In this document: piece by piece, positions 14,601-25,045 of the stretch | How positions within the stretch are numbered: position 1 is the stretch's first letter | How the letters are laid out: every line of letters starts with the position of its first letter | Source of the DNA: Gnetum montanum | Lineage: Eukaryota > Plantae > Gnetophyta | Assembly (NCBI GenBank): GCA_015680685.1 | Contig: MNCI01000291.1 | Location: 197,853-261,852, forward strand | Reading direction: 5' to 3' | DNA: 64,000 nucleotides | Program-made: the position numbers and the translations under genes | Notes under the pieces: generated by a model | Seen by the model: only the letters and a program-made list of their open reading frames with translations | The model's database searches: none | What the model was told of the DNA's origin: nothing

Positions 14601-15070
14601 TAGTGTCCCCAAATCACTCTAACTTCATAAAATAAGTATTCCCCTATTTTTCCATGCTGAGGATACTATGACCAACATGGAAAAAAGAGGGGAAAGTTAT
14701 TTTGACACCTAGTGACACTCAAACTAGCCTTAAATTACCTCAACACGAAGCCAAGAGATGCACAAGTTTTAGATCTAGACTCCAATCACTTGTTTGATCA
14801 TATTTGACCTCATTTTTTCTTTAATTCTGGTTTTTCATGCTAAACCCCCTCTTTTCCATGCTAGCTAATGTGGAAACAAGGGGGAAAGGCTTCAAAACTT
14901 TCTTTTTGACCTTTATAAACCTTTAAAGTACCCAATTTTAATCGATCTAACCTTGTGCTACCTTGGGAAGGTTCCAAAACCTTGGTTTTAGACTCTGAGC
15001 ATCCCAAAACCTATTTTCTTTAGTTTTCATACTAAAGGTCCTTGTTTCCACGCTAAGCCCAACATGGAAG
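11680..15070. repeat. Internal array of ~170-190 bp units, each with an inverted-repeat core TTCCA(C/T)(G/A)CT...AG(C/T)(G/A)TGGAA
   Basis: Cores at ~11685, 11900, 12080, 12272, 12450, 12622, 12804, 12999, 13162, 13343, 13527, 13719, 13920, 14102, 14279, 14460, 14649, 14853 and 15046. Confidence 0.85.
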
Positions 15071-15760
15071 CCTCAAAACACTTGATTTATAGGTCCAAAC
15101 AACCCAAAAATAACCCTAATTAATGCCTAAACTCACCTAATAGCCCTGTAGCCTTAAAACATGGCCTACTAAGGTCTAAAACTAACAAAACCTAATCATG
15201 TTTTTACCTATACTAGCCAAATTTTATCATATATAACCTATTTTTCTTGATTTTTTCCCTATTACATAATGTTTTAGCTTGTTTTTAGACTTATGTTATC
15301 TTGTTAAACTTGTTAACCTTCTATGGCTTTTATACAACCTTATATGTTCATGTTTTTCTTATTATAGCTCTATTTTCCTTTGTTTGGCCTTTAAATGATA
15401 TCAAATAGTGGGGTTTGACCTTTCCTAACCACCGTTTGACACCATATGACCATGGCCTGCTAAGGCCTTAAACTGCCATCATAGTCCACTAAGACTGTAA
15501 ACTGGCATCATGGCCCACTAAGGTCTAAAACTAGCAAAAATTGTGGCCTTTGTTGACCATTTGTAGCCTTATAATTCCCCTTGTTTGACCTTTATGTGAT
15601 CTTTTTTTGCCTCTATTGCAATTTTCCAAATTGACCTTATCTTTCTAATGACCTTGAATGGCCTTGATTACATTAGATTTGCATGCGTTTTATGTTATTT
15701 TAACATTATTTATTTACTTTTATCTAGGGGCCACTTAATATGCTTTTGGTTGACATGTAG

Positions 15761-18700
15761 GATCAAAGTATGAGTACCTAGGAGTAAATTAATTTGCCTT
15801 TGTATCTACATGGACCTCACGATGATATTGAATGGTGTATCAACCCTAATTGCCTAGATCTTAAGTTTGAGAGTCTTGTAGACCACATAGCCTTAATAGA
15901 GAAACCTAGTCAAAACCCTTGACTTAGAAGCAAGAGACATAACTAAAGATTCTTTAGTTGAGGTTCCTATCACAACACGTAGTGGTAAGGAGAAAACCCT
16001 TAAACTAAGTTCCTTACTAGAGCCTCAATGTGCCCAAGACATCACCAAAGTCTTATAGAATAGCATTAAGGCATTTTCCTGGTCATATGAAGATATGTTA
16101 GGCCTAGACCCACATTTAATCTAGCATGACATCATATTGGACCCTAGCATTAGACTAGTTAAGAAAAAAGTGCACAAGATTAAACCTGATTTGGCCTTGG
16201 TAGTTTGCAATGAAATCATAAAGCTCTACCAAGCAAGTTTCATTAGGGCTATCGATTATGTAGAATGGGTATCCAACATAGTGGTAGTTCCTAGGAAAAA
16301 TGGGAGTATCTATATTTGCATTGATTTTTGAGACCTAAATAATGCAACCATCATGGATGACTTCCCTTTGCCTAGTATTGATCAACTTATCAATACTATA
16401 GTTGGACATGTCATGTTGTCCTTTATGGATGGATTCTTGGGATATAACCAAATTAGGATCAACCTAGAGCATCAACTTAGCATGACCTTTATGATCCCAT
16501 GGGGTACTTTTTGTTATACCATGATGTGCTTTGGCCTTAAAAATGCTAGAGCAACATACCAAAGAGCCATGAGCTATATCTTCAGTGATTACATGTTAGG
16601 TTTGCTTAATGATTACGTAGATGACATAGCTATGAAATCTAAGATAGTCAATGACCATGCTAATGACCTAGATATTGTTTCAAATATGAGCTTAGGCTCA
16701 ATTCTAAGAAGTATGTCTTCAGTTCCAAGATTGGTAAGATGCTTGGCTTTGTAGTCTTTGAAGTAGGGATACATGTAGATCTTGATAAGGTTAAGGCCAT
16801 ATCCGAATTAGCAACACCTATCAATCTTAAAGAGCTTTAGGGATTACAAGGTAGATTATAGTTTATTCATAGGTTTATTGCTAGGCTTATAGATAAGTTA
16901 CAACCCATGAAACACTTGCTTAAGAAAGGAGTTCACTATGAGTAGATGACTCAATGCAAAGAGGCCTTTGAAAACCTTAAACAAGAATTAACACAACTGC
17001 CAACAATTTATCCTCCATAAGAAGGTAAATCATTTTACATTTATCTTGTCATCTTTGATACATACATTACCTCTCTACTCTACCAGAAGCATGATGATGA
17101 ATTAGAAATGCATGTATACTACCTTAACCATGTTTTAGTTCCCCACAAGACTTGATACACTAAAGTGGAGAAGTATTGTCTAGCACTAGTCTTCTCTTTG
17201 AAGAAATAAAGACACTAACTCTTCAAAAGCCAAGTCAACGTAATTTGCAAGGACAACATACTCAAAGCCATAATGACCAACATCTATGAAAGTAGCTGTA
17301 TAGCCCAATGGAAAGTCATAACCATGGAGTTCGACCTCCATTACATCTCTCAATGCTCAACAAAAGGTCAGGCTATAACTGTACAACTCACAATTTTACC
17401 TATTAATGACCAAGCAACCATAGATCTTGAGTTCCCTAATGAACACATTAACCTAGTTAGCTAAGTGCCCAAGGATTATGAGGTAGTCATGAACTTCAAT
17501 GGAGCTTCAACTGCCCATGGGGCTAGTGTTGTTGCCATCGTAACATTCGCACCTAGTGAGATCTGATGCTTTGCCTATCATTTTAAGTTCCCATGTACCA
17601 ACAACATAGTGGCATATGAGGGTTTGATCAAATGAATAATGGTAGCTTGTAACCTAGAAATTAGATGCCTAGCCATCAAAGGTGATTCACAACTTGTGGT
17701 TAACCAAGTAATCAAAGACTATGCATGCAAAGCTAAGTACTTATAGCCTTACTGTGACCTAGGAAAGTAGTTATTACAACAATTCATAGACATTGATTTC
17801 CAACACATACCTAGAAACGAAAACATTGTAGTTGATAAAATTGCAACATTAGCCCTTAGTGTGATGGTAGATGTGTTTAGCAAGTTGTCCACATTAACTG
17901 TGGATTGTGCTACTTCCATTACACAAAACACTAACGATACCTTTATGGCCATCATTCATACTGCTCCTTCCAAGAAGTGGTATGATGATCTCAAATTTTA
18001 CATTATGCATGGTGAATCCTCACAAGGTGTAACTACTACTTAGAAGGACACCATATGCAAGAGATCGAAGCAGTATGTCGTTGTAGGTGATAACACATTA
18101 TGTCAATGATCTTATGATGGCATGCTTTTAAAGTGCTTAGGTAAAACTGAAGCTGGAACAATCCTAAAGGAGGTTCATGAGGGAGTGTGTGGAGGACATA
18201 TAGGACTTAGAGCCATGGATTCTAAGATTAGATGGTTAGGCTACTATTGGCCCCATATGGAAAATGACTAATTGCAAAAGGTTAAGTGATGTGACACATG
18301 CCAATGATATATTAACCTAATATATGTATCACTAATTGAGTTACATACAACCTAGATAACATGGTCATTTCAACGATGAGGGTTGGATATCATTGGACCC
18401 ATAATGCCTAAGTCTTCCATAGGACATAGCTTCATCATCACTACAACCAAATACTTTACCAAGTGGATTGAGGCTATTTCACTAAGGAACATCACATCTA
18501 AACAAGTTTGCAAATTTATCCTAGATGACATTGTAGCTCGTTTTAGCATACCCATGACCATAGTTACAGATAATGGACCTTAATTTAGTAGCCAAGAAAC
18601 CAAGGATTTTTATCACAACCTAAGCATTAAGCATTCTTTCTTGTCACCTTACTACCCTCAAGCCAATAGACAAGCGGAAGCAAGCAACAAGGCAATCATC

Positions 18701-19960
18701 AACTTGCTCAAGTAGATGCTCAACAACAGCAAACAGAAATGACATGAGCTACTTGCCCATGAACTATGGGTATAAAAAACAACCTATCACTTGACAACTA
18801 GTGATGAGCCATGATATCACGTCCTACCTCATCTTCTATAAATAAGAGGCGGCACCCTTTGTTCCAGGGGAGTTAGACTTAGACCCTTAGCCAGATTCTT
18901 GTAGTTTTTTTATTCCAGAGTTAGAATTGTTTCCGTGTGCCAGCAGTAGGAGTCATAGAGTGAATGGATCTTTATTCGAGAAATTTGTACTTGAGCACAA
19001 TTTTGTGTACGGCAATAAAGAAGAACTTTATGATAAACCTTGCAGCATACCGATGAAGCTAAGTAGTAATTAATTATTTTTAATGCTTTCCTAGCTAATT
19101 AATATCTCTCTCAACCTTCAACCCCCTTAGTTAAATACACTCAGTACAATCGCTTCGAGCATACGTGTAGCGCTTGGTAACCCAGTAACAATTAGCGTTT
19201 GGTAATCCCAGTAGTGTTGCACTAGTTCAGGATGTGTACGGCAAGTGGGAATGGATACTGGTGTTAGGAACATTTAGAAACTAGTTAACAAATAGTTAAT
19301 GTAAGTTAGCCACTTAGTTCTCTTTCCTTCCCCTTTATTAGCAGAAGACATAAAAAAATATAAAAGCTATAAAAATCATGTACCTCAAGCTTACTTAACC
19401 ATACAATCGTGATAATACAAGTAGGTTTGGGAAGACAACGATTGATTAACCCTGAGTGTTCCATTAAGGCACGTAAGCACTTAGTCCTTGGAGTTTGACC
19501 GGATCGTGCGTGAAATGCTCGTATTCGTATGGTTGAGTGTAGGGGTACCTTGCCACTCATCAACTAGCATGATCCCTTATAGCCTTATTTATGGTTTTGA
19601 AGATATTTTACCTCTTGAATTGTAGGTTTCATCGCTCGAAGTAGCCTTGACCAAGTTCATCAATAATAAGAAAAATAAGGAGTTACAGATATCAGCCCTG
19701 GATTTGATGGAGGAGCGACATATGCAAGTGCTTGCTGACATTGATCATTATCAAAAGAGGCAAAAGCAAAAACATCATTATAACTTGACCATGCACAAGA
19801 TCAAGGAGGGGGACCTAGTCCTCAAGGTTGTTTGTAAGCATGTGCATCCTTCCTTGTTACTAGAGCCTATGAGAATGGAGCATTTAGAATAGCCAACATG
19901 GATGGAAATGAGCTAGTCAATCCAGTCAATCATTCATATCCAAAGCCATACTACATGTAG
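15761..19960 (+). pseudogene. pol of copy A: RT - RNase H - archaeal-type RNase H - integrase (degenerate, interrupted by a solo LTR)
   Basis: RT motifs AFSWSYEDM, EWVSNIVVVPRKNG, DDFPLPSID, SFMDGFLGYNQI, FGLKNA.ATYQR, YVDD (~16614). aRH motifs TNNIVAYEGL, IKGDSQLVVNQV, HIPRNEN (~17490-17850). INT motifs HEGVCGGH, CDTCQ, GLDIIGPI, TDNGP, YYPQAN.QAEASNK. Confidence 0.92.
18802..19562 (+). mobile_element. Solo LTR (Athila-like) inserted in the integrase of copy A
   Basis: TGATGAG...CTCATCA termini with a perfect 5-bp TSD ACTAG. TATA box CTATAAATA at ~18835 and AATAAA at ~19014. Homologous to 31043-32109. Confidence 0.9.
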
Positions 19961-20210
19961 CTAATAATCATCAACAAGAAAGCTTGCTTTTAATGATCCG
20001 TTACAACCTTAAACTAGCAACATGGCCTGCCAAGGCCTTAAACTGGTATCATGGCCTACCATGACCTTAAACTAGCAACTGTGCTAACCTAGATAGTTTG
20101 ATTCTCATGTGGCCTATATGCATTGTAGTGTTATGATATGTAGTGGTGTTTTATATTCTTTGTTGATGTCTCTTGAGTTAATCTTCCAAGCACCAACAAA
20201 GAAGGGCAAT

Positions 20211-21801
20211 TGAAACACCATAAAAATTTGCATGTTATAGTCAATCTTCATCATGAAGCTTTCACCCCATGAAACCCAAGGCAAAACTTCATTGTAAATG
20301 TGAAAATTGTAGCCCACAATGGACAATTTCACATACTTTATACTTTCAGGGCTGAAAAATGCCTCATAAGTGGTTAAAGCCTCATTCCCCACGTAAAAAA
20401 AGTCACCTAGTATCTATATTTGGGCTTTGAGAGGGGGGGAGGGGTCAAAAACGCCTTTTGGAATGTTAAAAAAGTCAATTTGATGGGTTTTATGAGGGGT
20501 ATACATTTTTCTATGCTAGAAACACATGTAGGGGGTAGATCTCACCTACCCTCAATGTGGAAGGATGGGGGTTTTGGAAACCTTTTTCCTTCAACATGGA
20601 GACCACATGCATAGCTTGGAAATATTCCTTCCTCAACATAGAAGTTTTTCCCCAACATGGAAACTTTTCCCTCTTAGCATAAAAGTTTCCCCCTAACGTC
20701 AAGTTTTCATCTCCAACGTGGAAAATTCAATCCCCCAATGTGGAAGCCACAAAAGCAAAAATCCATCACTTCATGCACTTCAACATTGACCAACCACTTT
20801 AACAAACATAGTGGAGAGCTCAATGTGGAAGATTCATCTCTAGCGTGGAAGGTGTGCCCTGGGTACTATTTATAGTAAACAAAATAGACATGGGGGGAAG
20901 CACATACTATGTATGGTAAGCCCCTAAATTTGGGCACCCATCTTACCTAAAATGGCAGCAAATTTATAGCCATTTGACAACCAATTTGTAGCCAAATCAT
21001 AGCCAATTTGCAACCCCATTCATGACCCAAAGATCCTATAAAATCCAAACTCAAACAGCATTGAGAGGTTCTAGAATTTTTAGCAAGTTTAGCATTTTTT
21101 TGTTCAACAATTTCAAACAAGTTCAGCATTATCAAGCAATTTTTTTTGGCATACACAACATTTTTCAGAATTCCACACTTGGGGCATTCTTAGGCACTCG
21201 AGAGCTTTTGCAAGTTCCCATACTTGCATTCTCTTGAACCCTAGTATAGAAGTATTGTAGCCTTAAGATTTGTCGATTTTGGGTGTTAACACTATACCTC
21301 TAGGATTTCCAAACCCCAGTGTGGAGCAATTTAGCATCCAAATTTTCCACTTTTCTCACCCCCCAACAGTGATCCAACTTGTAGATCTAAGGTTGTAGTA
21401 GTGAAGGAAGGTTTGATAGCATTAAGAGTGGCTTAGCACCCAAATTGTGAAGTAGATCACATTGGCTTCAACGGGCTTTGAACTCTTGCATAAGTGAATC
21501 CCATTTTTGCTTATCCAAGCACCATTTGTACACATTTCTCTAACTTATTCTTTATTCTTTCTTAATAAAGTTTTAAGTTTTGAGTTTTGTGTTCAAAAAA
21601 TAAATTTATCTTCTATGCATTATTTGGATTTGTTTATATTCCCACATTTCGCATCTCATAAATCCTTGGTTGATTTGTCAAACCAACTAGGGTACCTTGA
21701 ATCCCATTTCTCTAGTGGAGGCCCTAGGGATTCAGGGTTGGGGAATTGCTGCATTGAGGATCCTTGGTTTTTTCTAGTAATCAAGGTTTTCGATCACAAC
21801 A
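20211..21801 (+). repeat. 3' LTR of copy A
   Basis: TG...CA ends, directly after the PPT. Homologous to 34478-36017, 39598-41104 and 59152-60728. Sense TATA-like CCTATAAAA at ~21034 and AATAAA at ~21564. Confidence 0.9.
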
Positions 21802-22735
21802 TTAAGAAAAGATTAACAAAGCAGTGTGGTCCAAAGTAGGCGCTAATAAGGTCTACATTAAGTTTGCACTTAACCCATACTTATTTGCTATTAATATGGA
21901 TGAATTAACAAAGAAAATACAAGATAAAATCCCTTGGTATATGCTATTTGTAGATGATATTGTGTTGGTGATACATATTAAGAAAATATTGCTATTAAAA
22001 TAAAGAAATGGATACATGCTTTAGAATCAAAAGGCTTAAAAATTAGCAAAAGTAAGATAGAATATATGAAATGCAATTTTAATAATAGCATAAATAGTGG
22101 TGAAATAGAAGTGACTATTCAAGGCCAAAAAAAAAAAGTCCCTCAGTGCAAACAGTTTTTTTACCTAGGATCAATCTTCCAATGAGATGGTGAATTTGAT
22201 AAAGATATCAAAAATAGAATTGAGGCAAGATAGTCAAAATGAAGGCACCCTTGTGATATTCTATGTGATAAAAGAATACCAATAAAATTAAAGGGGAAAT
22301 TTTATGGGACAATAGTTAGGCCTACTATCTTATATGATGTTGAATGCTAGGCCGTACAAAAGAGGAATGAACAACAAATCAGTGTGGTAGAAATGTATAT
22401 GTTTCTATGGATGTTAAACGTTACTAGAAAAGATAAATTACATAATACAAACATTAGAGGAAGACTTGGAGTGGGTTCTATTTCAAATAAGTTACAAAAA
22501 TGGTGGCAAAGAAAATTAGACAATAAGCCTATAAGCAAAGGTTGTGACATCACTATTCTAGGAAAGCCATTGAAAGGAAGACCAAAGATGACATGGGAAA
22601 ATCCAATCGAAGATTATTTGAAGAAACTACAAATAAACAAAGATCTAACTCTTTATAGAGGCCAATGGCAAAAAAGAGCTCATGTAGCCGACCCCATTTT
22701 GTTGGGGCAAGGCTAGGATAATGATGATGATGGTA
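21802..22735 (+). mobile_element. 5'-truncated RTE-clade LINE (RT C-terminus and 3' end), degenerate
   Basis: Peptides ALNPYLFAINMDEL, PWYMLFVDDIVL, ALESKGLKISKSK.EYM, FYLGSI, IPIKLKGKFYGTIVRPTILY, GRPKMTW. 3' hairpin gccgacccca...tggggcaaggc followed by a (TGA)n tail. Confidence 0.9.
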
Positions 22736-22925
22736 ATCTCTTTTTACTCTTTAGATAAATCTTCTTGGGTAATCTCTTCCATTGTATGGTTCATGATATG
22801 TATTTTATTTATGTTTTGATAATGTGGTGGAGTTAGCATAGCTCCATTCAAAGTTGTGGAATTCATAATTTTTGTGCCAATATTTAATTTAAAATTATTG
22901 AAAAATATCCAGTGAAAAAAAAAAA

Positions 22926-23062
22926 ACTCATGTAGCCAACCCCATTTGTTGGGAGAAGGCTAGGATAATGATGATGATAGTAATCTATTTTTACTCTTTA
23001 GATAAATCTTCTTGGGTAACCTCTCCATGATAAGTATTTTATTTACGTTTTGATAATGTAGT
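22926..23062 (+). repeat. Local duplicate of the RTE 3' end plus flank (copy of ~22678-22826)
   Basis: Near-identical ctcatgtagcc(g/a)acccc...gataatgatgatga...ttttgataatgt. Preceded by an A-run. Confidence 0.85.
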
Positions 23063-23161
23063 GAGCCTAGGTCTCCACGGCCCTAACGTGGAATTTTTAC
23101 CACTAGACTACAGCCAGAAGTTGAACAATCCTCTAAGTCACAACTTCTATGCGAAATTCCG

Positions 23162-23176
23162 AAAAAAAAAAAAAAA
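23162..23176 (-). terminator. Pol III oligo-T terminator of the tRNA gene
   Basis: T15 run on the minus strand ~30 nt downstream of the tRNA. Confidence 0.7.
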
Positions 23177-23206
23177 TAGTTTAAGCATGCAAGAACTATT
23201 CCGGAC

Positions 23207-23279
23207 CGACTCCACTGGGGATCGAACCCAGAATCTCCGGTTCCGTAGACCGGCGCCTTATCCATTGGGCCATGGAGTC
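23207..23279 (-). tRNA. tRNA-Arg(ACG)
   Basis: 73 nt: GACTCCATGGCCCAATGGATAAGGCGCCGGTCTACGGAACCGGAGATTCTGGGTTCGATCCCCAGTGGAGTCG. All stems pair, the anticodon is ACG, and A and B boxes are intact. Confidence 0.97.
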
Positions 23280-25045
23280 ATTATTTAGTAGGTTTCTTAT
23301 TTGTACACATACTATGTCGTATAGAAAAATATATTTCATAAATTTATCGGATATTGTTCTTCTCATCTGAGACTTGTGAGGAAAGATAAAAATATCCAAA
23401 AGCCTTTTTAGCTGACCACGTATTCACCCAATAAACATGAGTTTGCTGATGACACAGCCATAACCGTCTTTGAAGCGGTGCTTATACGGCTCTGCACTCA
23501 CACTGAATGTGATGCTCAACCTGGCCAATAATACTGTTTCCTCATCAATTTCCCATAAAATTCATAACCAATTTGGTTGGTTCACCACTTTCTTATTCGA
23601 GGTTAAGTCACACATTGTTTGGTGGCAGCAGTAATATATAAACAATAACAAGTGACCCTGTACATATCACGATAAACATTATGAAGAAATTTGGTGTATT
23701 CTCTGTTCAATTACCGTCAGGATCAGTACCCGGCTAACAAGCATGGATTGCACATTTTGTATGCTCACAAAAGGTATATATGTAATGTTCGATCATATAT
23801 CTATTTGGAGGACTTGATCTTGTGCAATTCATGCACGTTAGCCTGGCTCTGGCCCTGATCTTATCAAATCAAAAATTTATACTTGTGAAGGAAGCACAAC
23901 CCAGAACTATAGATCATGTTTTCTTCGTCTTTATTTTGAGGTAGGTCTCTTAATCATCTCGCTGGATCTCAGTAGTATGTTTATGCATTGCCTTTTTTTT
24001 AATGGGTTGCAGCTGCCGGTAGCTTTACTTTTCTGCAGTCTTTGGTTCTGCTGTCTGACCAAAGACTGCATTTTGGATTTCTAAATCCTGATACTTTGTA
24101 ATATTTCTACTGATGAAATTACTCTTAATTTTGAGCATCTTCCTCTTCAAATATCCATTTATGTCTCTGTGATGTAGATGCGTACATTTTCAATGTAGAT
24201 GAGGCTGCTGAGCAGCTCGCCCCTTCCAACTGGAAGAAATGATTTCTGTGATTACAATCATTTTATGTGCGATCTGATATCAGAAACTCATGCAGCATAT
24301 GAATTAGTAGACAATAAGTTCAAGTGTTTTCACATCTCAAAAATAGCCGTGAAGAATTCTGTTATTTACTTATTTATATGGGAAGAAAAATTACAAATAG
24401 ATCAAACTTTAGCTCTTATAGAGGCAAACGGCTAACGATAACTCAGTAGCCAGCGCCATATTCTAATCCCAATGTGCCAGACAGCATCAATATTTCAAAA
24501 GAATTTGTAACCTACCCTTCATGGTGTAAACCAAAATAATCAAGAAACGAAATAAAATGAACAATTAAAAATTCACCCAGAGCTGTCCAAATTTCACATT
24601 CTTTGCTTAAAATACTCGATATGTACAGTGTTGATGAAATAAATCACCAAGACGATTCGATGCATATAATGTCAACGAGTTTACACCAGTAAATAGTTCC
24701 GAGTCTTTCTTAACAAGCAAGAACATAAATATTTTGCTTGATTATTTACCTACCACAGTTTCCAATAGCCACCCTAAATTTCTTAGAAAAAACAATACAC
24801 CCATATTATATAAAACAGTGAAAATTTTAGTAGTACTGATCGTCTTTGAGAATCTGGTTCATAACAGCTCTGATATGCTTAGAAAATCTAAACAATACAC
24901 CCACTTGTTCTTCATTTCAAGGTTGCACTTCCTCTTTCCATTTGCTTCCAGACAAATAGTTTCATTTTGCTAGTGGGGCTCTTACCTTGAATAACTGTAA
25001 GGTCGTCCATCAAATGAGGAGTCTTGAAACATAAATTGTGAATAA

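Larger units (their letters stand above)
800..21801 (+). mobile_element. Tat-lineage (aRH-containing) gypsy LTR retrotransposon, copy A; 5' LTR missing
   Basis: Contains 5'UTR, gag-pro, antisense gene, repeat array, RT-RH-aRH-INT, PPT (aaagaagggc, ~20198-20207) and a 3' LTR TGAAACACC...TCACAACA. Colinear with copy C. Confidence 0.9.

Noticed and set aside
11680-15070. CRISPR array
   Set aside because: Eukaryotic TE context with no cas genes. Inter-core segments are ~140 bp and homologous to each other.
5150-15600. Interpreting the PR-RT spacer as an independent nested transposon or a host gene
   Set aside because: No TIR, LTR or TSD. It is at the same position in three separately inserted copies and shares its motif with the element's own LTR.
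23445-23510. Possible C/D snoRNA (TGATGA...CTGA) with a hairpin near the tRNA
   Set aside because: Box C context is imperfect, there is no terminal stem, and I could not recognise an rRNA-complementary guide.
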